Source of the DNA: a bacterium
GTDB lineage: Bacteria > Babelota > Babeliae > Babelales > JABDEC01
Reading direction: 5' to 3'
Length of the DNA stretch: 39,511 bases
Assembly: GCA_947481115.1 (NCBI GenBank)
Contig: CANKEI010000002.1
Span: 1 to 39,511, forward strand
The notes beneath the pieces are model-generated. The model ran no database searches. It was given only the letters and a program-made list of their open reading frames with translations, and was not told where the DNA came from. Made by a program: the position numbers and the translations under genes. Of the stretch, positions 9,240 to 16,415 are shown piece by piece (within the stretch, counting starts at the first letter, position 1; each line of letters starts with the position of its first letter).

Positions 9240-10435
9240 GTCTGGTAAATATTATCGGTTTTCTTGGCAGCTACAAAGTTTTTATCGAGCTGGTTTTCGG
9301 GCTGTTTATTAGCTGGTTTAGTTTTACTAATACTCTTGCTTTTTTTGGTGTGCGAGATTTTAGTTTTAGAATTTAAATTTAAATTATTAATATTATTATT
9401 CTGGAGATGACTAAATGGTTTTAAGTCTGTATTGTCAGCTAAAACACTGTTCTCGATAATACAAGTCGATGCTATATGACAATTTTGTCCGAGCTTAGTT
9501 GCACCATATAGTTCTACGCCGGCACCAATGTAACTACCGGCACCAATTGTAACATCGAGATCAACATGCGTGTTTTGGGGTGCAAAAAAACGGACTCCAT
9601 GATCCATCCAGTAGTTAATTACCTCGGCGCGTTTCAGTTGTTCAGCGATCCACAGTTCACGCATAGTATTAATGCCACGCAAAGTATCAAATGGGCCAGT
9701 AATTGTATTAACCATTAAGTTTTGTTCGGAAGCCAAGTTTACTAAATCTGTAATATATAACTCGCCTGTGACAGAGCTTTTTTGTAATTTTTCGATTGAA
9801 TCGCGTAAAAAACTGGTTTTAAATAGATAAATACCAACGTTAATACAGCAACCATCTTCATTTGAATTAGTCGCACTAGTCACGGATTGATAGTAAGCTT
9901 TATTTTGTTGGTAATCTTTAGCTTCAATAATCTTGATCTGTTGATTGATCTTTAAAATTTTACCCAAACTATTAATCGTAGGATCAATATTATGGGCAAT
10001 CACAAAACTAACCGCAGCTTGATTAGCTAAATGTTTTTGGTATAGCTGTTCGATTAAATCAGCTGAAATTAATGGTACATCGCCATTTAAAATTAAAATA
10101 TGCTCTCTGTCCCAATTTTGCTTGGTGCATAATAGTGCATGGCCGGTGCCCAACTGTTGTTCTTGAGTGATAAATTCTAAATTTAAATTTTCTAAATTTA
10201 AGTTATTAGTATTTAATTTTTTAGTAGCTTGGTAATTTTCTAGCAAACTAATAATTTGCTCTTTTTGATAGCCAACTACTAAAGTAGTTTTAATCGCCAA
10301 TTGCTCCAGTAATTTAACTGGATATAGGATCATGGCTTGGCCACATATTTTTTCTAATAACTTAGATTTATTTGATTTAAAACGGGAAGATTTTCCAGCA
10401 GCGAGTATAATAGCTTGTAATTTATTTTTAATCAC
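9236..10435 (-). CDS. glmU: GlmU-like sugar-1-phosphate nucleotidyltransferase with a truncated left-handed beta-helix domain and a Lys/Asn-rich tail
   Basis: Nucleotidyltransferase motifs (AIILAAGKSSRFKS, QLGTGHAL, ILNGDVPL). Only about 70 aa of hexapeptide repeats follow (VTIGAGSYIGAGVELYG..), then low-complexity sequence. Confidence 0.7.
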   Translation of the reverse strand: MIKNKLQAIILAAGKSSRFKSNKSKLLEKICGQAMILYPVKLLEQLAIKTTLVVGYQKEQIISLLENYQATKKLNTNNLNLENLNLEFITQEQQLGTGHALLCTKQNWDREHILILNGDVPLISADLIEQLYQKHLANQAAVSFVIAHNIDPTINSLGKILKINQQIKIIEAKDYQQNKAYYQSVTSATNSNEDGCCINVGIYLFKTSFLRDSIEKLQKSSVTGELYITDLVNLASEQNLMVNTITGPFDTLRGINTMRELWIAEQLKRAEVINYWMDHGVRFFAPQNTHVDLDVTIGAGSYIGAGVELYGATKLGQNCHIASTCIIENSVLADNTDLKPFSHLQNNNINNLNLNSKTKISHTKKSKSISKTKPANKQPENQLDKNFVAAKKTDNIYQT

Positions 10436-10648
10436 AATTTAACTCCCATAAGCACAATTTAGCATCCATTCAGCATTAATTTAGCAGCCATAAAAATTTT
10501 TTTAACATTAAATTAGAAGATAATCTAATTTTGGTAATTGTCTATATGTGAGTTTTTGCTTTTAAAAACTGCAAAAAAAGCTATTATTTTATCTGTGGGT
10601 AATTTATAAAATATATTCTAATTTTGGTTAGTAGTTTTAAGTAATTAC

Positions 10649-10740
10649 GGAGAGATGGCTGAGTGGTCGAAAGCGACCGTCTCGAAAGCGGTTATTTTGT
10701 TAACGCGAAATCGTGGGTTCGAATCCCACTCTCTCCACCA
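10649..10740 (+). tRNA. tRNA-Ser (anticodon CGA), CCA encoded
   Basis: Acceptor stem GGAGAGA/TCTCTCC, anticodon loop CTCGAAA, long variable arm, T arm GTGGGTTCGAATCCCAC, 3' ACCA. Confidence 0.9.
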
Positions 10741-10756
10741 TCGAAGGTTTTAGAAC

Positions 10757-12007
10757 GTGCATTCAACAGGGATTCTTTTAAGATTAATTTTAATTAGTGT
10801 GGTGCTTGATCTAAGCGCTGGTGTCATAGATAACCGTTATTTGCCACAATTTGATCCAATGTATTTGCGTAAAGCAGAGCCAGTTGGTTCATTTGATTTT
10901 AATTTATTGGCGATGTCAGGTGAGCGTGGGCATGACCAAAATGGTAAAAAGGTTAATTATCCAGAAATTTTTGGTCAATACAATCTTTCGCAAATAGCTT
11001 TAGGATTACAAAAAACTCAGGGGATTAATTTTTTAAGACCAGAGTGGCAGCCTTTAAACGACATTATTTGGGACATGGAAGGTAAATTACAGGCGCAAGG
11101 TGTGCATTTAGGTGTTGAGCGTCAAATCGCAGATTGGTTAGCGGTTGGGATGCAATTTGATGTGTTACACGTCAGTTCGCGCATCGATTTTTTAATTAAT
11201 TCAGATACTAGATTTATGTTGAAATTAGATCCCGGCAGTTCATTAGAGCTATATCGTGCTTTAAGTGATACCAATCGCGCACTTGGCTTAGCTGCTGATC
11301 AATGTAGCCAATCTGGAATTTCTGACATCGATCTTTATGTTAGATTTTCGATCATTCGTGAGTATATTTTAAAATGTCGCCAAGTAGATGCAGGTGTTAA
11401 GTTGGGTACCTACTTACCATCCGGAGTTTGTCGAGATCTTAATAATCCCGCCTCGGTGCCATTTGGCGGCAATGGCCATACAGGTTTATATCTTGAATTC
11501 GATTTAAATTTAGAACTTAAAGAAGATTGGTTTTTGGGTGTTTGGGCGCAAGTTGTGCATCGCTTTCCATTAACACAAGCATTACGCATGCCGGCCGCAT
11601 CTTCAGACAAGCCAGAAATTATCACTTTTGGCGCAATCACTGGCCGAGGTTGGGTAGATGCAGGAACCACTTTTGGAATTCAACCATTTTTAGTATTACG
11701 TGATCTTTCGGATGGCTTTGGTGTCCGTTTAGCCTATACTTATCGCCATCATAGTGGCGATTGGTGGGGTGATTTAAGATCAGACAAAACCATGCCGGTT
11801 TTTTTGAATGGTGTGCGTGCTTTAACAGAATGGCAAAGTGAATATGTCACCATTGGTTTAATCTATAATCTTTGGGAAACTGATGATGAACGGCGGGGAC
11901 CAGTGCCCATGTTTTATTTAAACTGGGATCAACCAGTGGGATTATTTGGTGATAGTGGTTCTGTGGCAACGCATCGTGCGACCATGGGAATAGAAGTTGA
12001 TTTTTAA
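10757..12007 (+). CDS. outer-membrane beta-barrel protein, family unassigned
   Basis: Signal peptide, alternating amphipathic strands, and a C-terminal ..GIEVDF ending in Phe. Shares a VPFGGNGH-type motif with the 18148-19962 protein. Confidence 0.6.
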   Translation: MHSTGILLRLILISVVLDLSAGVIDNRYLPQFDPMYLRKAEPVGSFDFNLLAMSGERGHDQNGKKVNYPEIFGQYNLSQIALGLQKTQGINFLRPEWQPLNDIIWDMEGKLQAQGVHLGVERQIADWLAVGMQFDVLHVSSRIDFLINSDTRFMLKLDPGSSLELYRALSDTNRALGLAADQCSQSGISDIDLYVRFSIIREYILKCRQVDAGVKLGTYLPSGVCRDLNNPASVPFGGNGHTGLYLEFDLNLELKEDWFLGVWAQVVHRFPLTQALRMPAASSDKPEIITFGAITGRGWVDAGTTFGIQPFLVLRDLSDGFGVRLAYTYRHHSGDWWGDLRSDKTMPVFLNGVRALTEWQSEYVTIGLIYNLWETDDERRGPVPMFYLNWDQPVGLFGDSGSVATHRATMGIEVDF

Positions 12008-12032
12008 TAAAAATAATAGCTATAGGAATTCT

Positions 12033-13088
12033 ATGGAGAGCTTTAAAAAATTTATACCATCTCGCCGGATCTTTGGCGTATTTTCAAACGATTTAGCGAT
12101 CGATTTGGGTACCGCTAATACTTTAATTTATGTTGAAAAACGGGGCGTGATTTTAGATGAACCGTCAGTAGTAGCTGTCAAAGCTGGCACTAATCATGTT
12201 TTAGCAGCTGGGCGGGTCGCTAAAGAAATGTTGGGCAAGACGCCAGAAAGCATTATTGCTTGTCGACCATTAAGAGACGGTGTGATTGCTGATTTTGAGT
12301 TGGCTGAAAGCATGTTGCGTTATTTTATTCGCGCTGTGCATAATAATAAACGTTTCTTTAGGGGGCCACGGATGGTGATTGGCGTACCATCTGGAATTAC
12401 GCAAGTTGAATGTCGCGCAGTGCGTGATTCAGCGGAGCAAGCAGGTGCACGGCCGGGCGATGTTTATACGATCACCGAATCATTAGCTGCTGCTATTGGT
12501 GCGGGGCTACCAGTGCATGATCCATGCGCTAGTATGATTATTGACATTGGCGGTGGTACTACTGAAGTAGCCGTGATTTCACTTAAAAATATTGTCTTCT
12601 GTAAATCGATTCGCGTGGGTGGTGACGAGATGGACCGCGCCATTGTGAATTATGTTAAGCGTAAATACAATTTATTAATTGGTGAACGGACTGCTGAAAA
12701 TATTAAAATTAATATTGGTTCGGTGATGTTCGATACCAGAATAGAATCAATGGCCATTAAAGGTCGCGATTTGATCTCAGGTGTGCCTAAGACGCTTAAT
12801 TTAACCAGTGCCGAAGTGAACGAAGCGTTATTAGAAACGATTCGCAGTATCGTTGATGTAGTGCGTGTAGCATTGGAAAATACACCCCCAGAGTTAGCCG
12901 CAGATTTAGTAGATCGTGGCATAGTTATGGCCGGTGGCGGTTCATTATTACGTGGCCTAGATAAATTATTGTCACGAGAAACTGGTTTGCCAGTTAGAAT
13001 TGCGGATGAGCCATTGTTGTGTGTGGTTAAAGGTGCTGGCAAAGTCTTGAAAGAACTCGACTTCTTTAAAGAAGCATTGATGAAATAA
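12033..13088 (+). CDS. mreB: rod shape-determining protein MreB
   Basis: Actin-like ATPase motifs (DLAIDLGTANTLIYV, IDIGGGTTEVAVIS, VMAGGGSLLRGLD). ATG 12033 avoids overlap with the upstream gene. Confidence 0.93.
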   Translation: MESFKKFIPSRRIFGVFSNDLAIDLGTANTLIYVEKRGVILDEPSVVAVKAGTNHVLAAGRVAKEMLGKTPESIIACRPLRDGVIADFELAESMLRYFIRAVHNNKRFFRGPRMVIGVPSGITQVECRAVRDSAEQAGARPGDVYTITESLAAAIGAGLPVHDPCASMIIDIGGGTTEVAVISLKNIVFCKSIRVGGDEMDRAIVNYVKRKYNLLIGERTAENIKINIGSVMFDTRIESMAIKGRDLISGVPKTLNLTSAEVNEALLETIRSIVDVVRVALENTPPELAADLVDRGIVMAGGGSLLRGLDKLLSRETGLPVRIADEPLLCVVKGAGKVLKELDFFKEALMK

Positions 13089-13117
13089 AAATAAAATAAA
13101 AACTTAGCGAGATTTAC

Positions 13118-13891
13118 GTGTCAGAATTTATACCACGCCATAAGAAACAATATGGGCAACATTTTCTAAAAGAACAATGGGTGCTAGATGAAATTTTTAA
13201 GCGGGTAAAACTAGATCAAACTAGTTCTGTTTTTGAAATTGGTGGTGGCGCTGGTTTTTTGACACGTACAATCTTAGCCGAACAAATGGCCCGTTTGTGG
13301 GTTTTTGAAATTGATCCAGAATGGGCGGAATATTTAGCTAACCATATTAAAGATGCCCGGCTAAAAATCTTAATCCAAAATATTCTAGATTTTGATTTTA
13401 GAGAATTAGAGACGCATAAACCTTGGGTATTACTGGCTAATTTGCCATACCAGGTGACTTTTCCAATCTTATATTTACTGCAAGCTAATCGCGATTTATT
13501 AAAAGAAGGCGTGATTATGGTACAAGAAGAAGTTGCACAAAAATTATTGAAAAAATCGGGCCGTGATTATGGTTATACTTCTTTATTTTTCCAGCACTAT
13601 TTTGAATTAGAACTGCTAGCTAAGATCCCGCCAACCGCCTTTGTACCGCCCCCGAAAGTTTATTCTAGGTTAGTTTACTTTAAACCTAGAGCTAATTTAA
13701 TTGAAATCCCTGATGAATTAAACTTTTGGAAGTTTATTAAACTCTGTTTTAAGTTTCCCAGACGGACATTAAGAAATAATTTTGCGTCAACGCATTATAA
13801 TTTAAACAAACTAACTCCAGAAATCTTAATTTTACGGGCTCAGCAACTTACTATTACAGAACTATTAGAGATCTGGGAATTAATTCGCTAA
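13118..13891 (+). CDS. rsmA: 16S rRNA (adenine1518/1519-N6)-dimethyltransferase RsmA/KsgA
   Basis: KKQYGQHFL, EIGGGAGFLT, LANLPYQV motifs. GTG start. Confidence 0.88.
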   Translation: MSEFIPRHKKQYGQHFLKEQWVLDEIFKRVKLDQTSSVFEIGGGAGFLTRTILAEQMARLWVFEIDPEWAEYLANHIKDARLKILIQNILDFDFRELETHKPWVLLANLPYQVTFPILYLLQANRDLLKEGVIMVQEEVAQKLLKKSGRDYGYTSLFFQHYFELELLAKIPPTAFVPPPKVYSRLVYFKPRANLIEIPDELNFWKFIKLCFKFPRRTLRNNFASTHYNLNKLTPEILILRAQQLTITELLEIWELIR

Positions 13892-13984
13892 TTAAGCTCA
13901 AAATTATTATGCTTGACTAAGTTAATGGCAAGTAAGTACTCTCTGCGATATTTGTCTAGCGATTATTTACTTAGGGCTTAAATT

Positions 13985-14500
13985 ATGAACCTAAAACCAA
14001 AATTGACACCTAGACTTTCAAATAGCTTATTTAATCAGTTTTTACAAAAATCCAGCTGGGGTTTTACTCTAATTGAACTAATGATCGTAGTGGCGATTAT
14101 CGCTTTTTTATCGATTATTGCAGTACCTAATATCATGAATTTTTTAGCAAAAGCCAAACGCACCGAAGTTTATGTAAATCTCGGGGCCATTTGGGCTGCT
14201 GAAAAATATTATTATAGCGAGCATGGTCGTTATTCTGATGCCTTAACTGGACCTAATGGGATTGGTTGGCGCACCGAAGGTGAGCCGTTATATACTTATG
14301 GTTTTGCGGGTTCTGAAGGCGTAAATTATATGATCGGTAAATTAAAAGCTAGCGGGGCAGATTTAGGTAAATATTCCAGCGCTGGATCAGACGGGTTTAC
14401 TGTAGTCGCCATCGGTGATATTGATGGGGATGGTAAATTAGATGTGATTACCATGAATGATCGGAAGCAGCTTAAAATTGTCGAGGATGATTGTGCTTAA
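13985..14500 (+). CDS. prepilin-type N-terminal cleavage/methylation protein (type IV pilin or GspG-like pseudopilin)
   Basis: A 26-aa leader ends in G, followed by FTLIELMIVVAIIAFL. The mature part is about 145 aa with a C-terminal DxDGDGKLD acidic loop. Confidence 0.85.
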   Translation: MNLKPKLTPRLSNSLFNQFLQKSSWGFTLIELMIVVAIIAFLSIIAVPNIMNFLAKAKRTEVYVNLGAIWAAEKYYYSEHGRYSDALTGPNGIGWRTEGEPLYTYGFAGSEGVNYMIGKLKASGADLGKYSSAGSDGFTVVAIGDIDGDGKLDVITMNDRKQLKIVEDDCA

Positions 14501-14507
14501 ATCACTT

Positions 14508-14565
14508 GCTCGCAACATCCCCCCCTCGACTGACGCTCGGGGTGAGCGGGGTTCGGGACGAGCGG
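14508..14565 (-). repeat. long copy of the GC-rich palindromic repeat family
   Basis: GCTCGCAACATCCCCCCCTCGACTGACGCTCGGGGTGAGCGGGGTTCGGGACGAGCGG. Its reverse complement is identical over 55 nt to 28944-28998. It sits between convergent genes. Confidence 0.9.
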
Positions 14566-14657
14566 ATCAGTATCAATTCCTGAGGTATGTACAGAGAGTT
14601 ATTTTTTATAATCTAAAACCCGAATTAGAAATTTTTTTATAATTAGCCAAACATTTC

Positions 14658-14903
14658 TTAACAGTTCCAGCAGATTTGGCGGCAATAGCCACGTACGCCT
14701 TTATGCTCATCAGTGATGGCACCAGTCGAGGCTACCTTGCATTTCCAACCACTGCCATAATCGCCATATGCCGCTACTAGATCATTGCAATTGTCGACAG
14801 CTGTCCAACATGGCACACCTTCAATTTCGCTATCATGATGATGATAATGGGCTGATAAGTTAGCAGCTGATAATAATAACAATAAAACTAATAATTTTTT
14901 CAT
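14658..14903 (-). CDS. small secreted Cys-rich protein (6 Cys) with a His-rich segment after the signal peptide
   Basis: GGAG SD plus ATG 14903. MKKLLVLLLLLSAANLSA, then HYHHHDSEIEG and a 6-Cys mature part. The 5' module is shared with the 15576 gene. Confidence 0.75.
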   Translation of the reverse strand: MKKLLVLLLLLSAANLSAHYHHHDSEIEGVPCWTAVDNCNDLVAAYGDYGSGWKCKVASTGAITDEHKGVRGYCRQICWNC

Positions 14904-14916
14904 GATAATCTCCAAA

Positions 14917-15274
14917 TTAATCTTGTGTTAATACGCAAATGCCAGAATTTTCAGAATATGACTCGCAATGTAAATCATTTAAATAACCACTACATGGATT
15001 TAATAAATTTGTTTTACAACTATTAAATAACCCCGGAATATTTTTAGGGTTTTGATAAAATTGGCTATTATAACTGGATGGTATACAAATCTTTTCACCA
15101 TTGCCATTTCCTAATGTTTGACAGAAAAACAATGCCCCGGCAACACTGCCATCACAATATGTTGGATCTTCAGTTTTACATAAAGTAAAGCCGATATCAG
15201 CACCTAAATTTGTGTGTGTGTGTGTGTGTGTGTGTGATTACAACCATTATAGTTAAAGCCAATAGTTTTTTCAT
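14917..15274 (-). CDS. small secreted Cys-rich protein (8 Cys), frame-split at a (CA)13 tract (candidate phase-variable, currently OFF)
   Basis: ATG 15274 gives MKKLLALTIMVVI(TH)4KFRC*. Another frame is open from the tract to 14917 (97 aa, 8 Cys). Confidence 0.65.
15211..15236. repeat. perfect (TG)13 / (CA)13 dinucleotide microsatellite
   Basis: Counted directly: 26 nt of uninterrupted TG on the plus strand. Confidence 0.97.
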
Positions 15275-15331
15275 AATACTCCCAGAAAACATATGACAAA
15301 TTATTTTTTAGTATTAATTTACAAAACTCAA

Positions 15332-15576
15332 TCAAGTACAAACACCTAAAGGGTTGTCGTTAGCCAAGAAGCCACAGGGTATACATTTTTTTCCTCCGTA
15401 TTGTTCTTCACAATTAGTATCTGGCATCGGGTTAGGTGGTCCTAGCAAAGGTGTCCCATAAGGAGGGGAACAAAGCACAACCGTATCTGAAGAGGCAGGA
15501 CAGTATGCTTTTACGTTGTGTGTGTGTGTGTGTGTGTGATTATAGCCATTATAGTTAAAGCTAATAATTTTTTCAT
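15332..15576 (-). CDS. small secreted Cys-rich protein (6 Cys), frame-split at a (CA)11 tract (candidate phase-variable, currently OFF)
   Basis: GGAG SD plus ATG 15576 gives MKKLLALTIMAIITHTHTHTT*. The frame carrying the Cys-rich part (NVKAYCPASSD..GVCT) has no leader of its own and only a TTG at 15622. Confidence 0.65.
15517..15538. repeat. perfect (TG)11 / (CA)11 dinucleotide microsatellite
   Basis: Counted directly: 22 nt of uninterrupted TG on the plus strand. Confidence 0.97.
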
Positions 15577-15683
15577 GATAATCTCCAAATTTTGCATAAA
15601 ATATTAATAAACGGGGCCCCAAATTTATAAAACTTAATTTATAAAAAGCAGCCCCGTAGATTAATTTATGCTAGTTAATTGTC

Positions 15684-16106
15684 TTACTTTATAACGTATT
15701 GGCAAGTGCCTGCCATGCCCCATAGGGTCATAGCTTCATTTTTATCAGGACTGCAAGTAAGATTTGATGGTTTTTCTTCGCCAGCACCACATGCACCTCT
15801 TTCACCCACGATACACGGCGAACCATTACCATAAGCTTTATTTGAGTGCTTTCTAGTCCATCTTTGCTTTTTAACTTTTTGCACCTCTTGCCATTGAGCT
15901 TGAGTTACACAGTGGCCAGGTTTGCCATCACCCTTAATATCGCCATAACTAAGTAACGGTACACAAACTCTATTAACTGTAGAGCTAATTAAACCACAGC
16001 TATTTTGGGCACCCTGGGTACATTTATTTAATTTTGGAAAGGGTGAAGTGGCCTGTAAACCGGCTGCTGAAAGCAGCGCAATTGATAAAAATAATAACTT
16101 TTTCAT
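15684..16106 (-). CDS. small secreted Cys-rich protein (8 Cys)
   Basis: GGAGG SD plus ATG 16106. Signal peptide MKKLLFLSIALLSAAGLQA. The mature part is about 120 aa with 8 Cys and a basic central segment. Confidence 0.75.
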   Translation of the reverse strand: MKKLLFLSIALLSAAGLQATSPFPKLNKCTQGAQNSCGLISSTVNRVCVPLLSYGDIKGDGKPGHCVTQAQWQEVQKVKKQRWTRKHSNKAYGNGSPCIVGERGACGAGEEKPSNLTCSPDKNEAMTLWGMAGTCQYVIK

Positions 16107-16415
16107 AAAAGTAACCTCCGTATAATTAATGGGGCGGGGTTCCAAATATTGGTACCCCCATTGTTACTACACTCCCCGTAACATAAATGGTAGCAAAACC
16201 GGTATTTAGAAGGCAATAGTTTTGTTTAAAAAGTTACAGAAAATTAAATTTACAGGTTTAAAAAATGGTTTCAGGGGTCACTTTGACCCATTTAATATGC
16301 TTTTTTTTCTGAATAGTTTTATATTCGGTGACTTCTTGCATAATATTTTTATAAATATCTAAAGGTACAATCAGGTGCGTTACTTCGTTAATAGATTTGT
16401 TTTGTTGTTACAATA

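Noticed and set aside
12650-13042. 130-aa ORF antisense to mreB. Similar antisense ORFs lie in pheT (937-1131), the OMP (11410-11670), the permease (20048-20296), trxB-like (22015-22314), potA (25391-25669, 25813-26022), potB (27150-27338) and topA (37073-37402, 38668-39206).
   Set aside because: All lie fully within strongly supported genes on the opposite strand or in another frame. None has recognisable motifs or start signals.
14484-14500. The pilin 3' end GTCGAGGATGATTGTGC resembles the repeat terminus GTCGAGGGATGTTGTGG, considered as a possible relic half-element or target-site feature.
   Set aside because: The similarity is short and imperfect and lies in coding sequence. It could easily be chance, and I cannot evaluate its significance by eye.
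14457-14642. 61-aa plus-strand ORF overlapping the pilin 3' end and running through the repeat copy.
   Set aside because: Its sequence (..RNIPPSTDARGERGSGRAD..) is just the GC-rich repeat read in an open frame. The same peptide appears antisense in potD (28831-29031). The openness is a property of the repeat, not evidence for a gene.
15623-15683. Inverted repeat ACGGGGC...GCCCCGT between the fourth and third Cys-rich genes, considered as a possible intrinsic terminator.
   Set aside because: The loop of about 34 nt is far too large and there is no clear downstream T-run on the transcribed strand. This is not convincing without folding energetics.
16258-16407. Open frame on the minus strand immediately after pilD (..NEVTHLIVPLDIYKNIMQEVTEYKTIQKKKHIKWVKVTPETIF*), with the first ATG at 16341 giving only 27 aa.
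   Set aside because: The protein-like composition suggests a gene remnant or tiny ORF. There is no start codon for the longer frame, no SD and no recognisable family, which is too weak to call.
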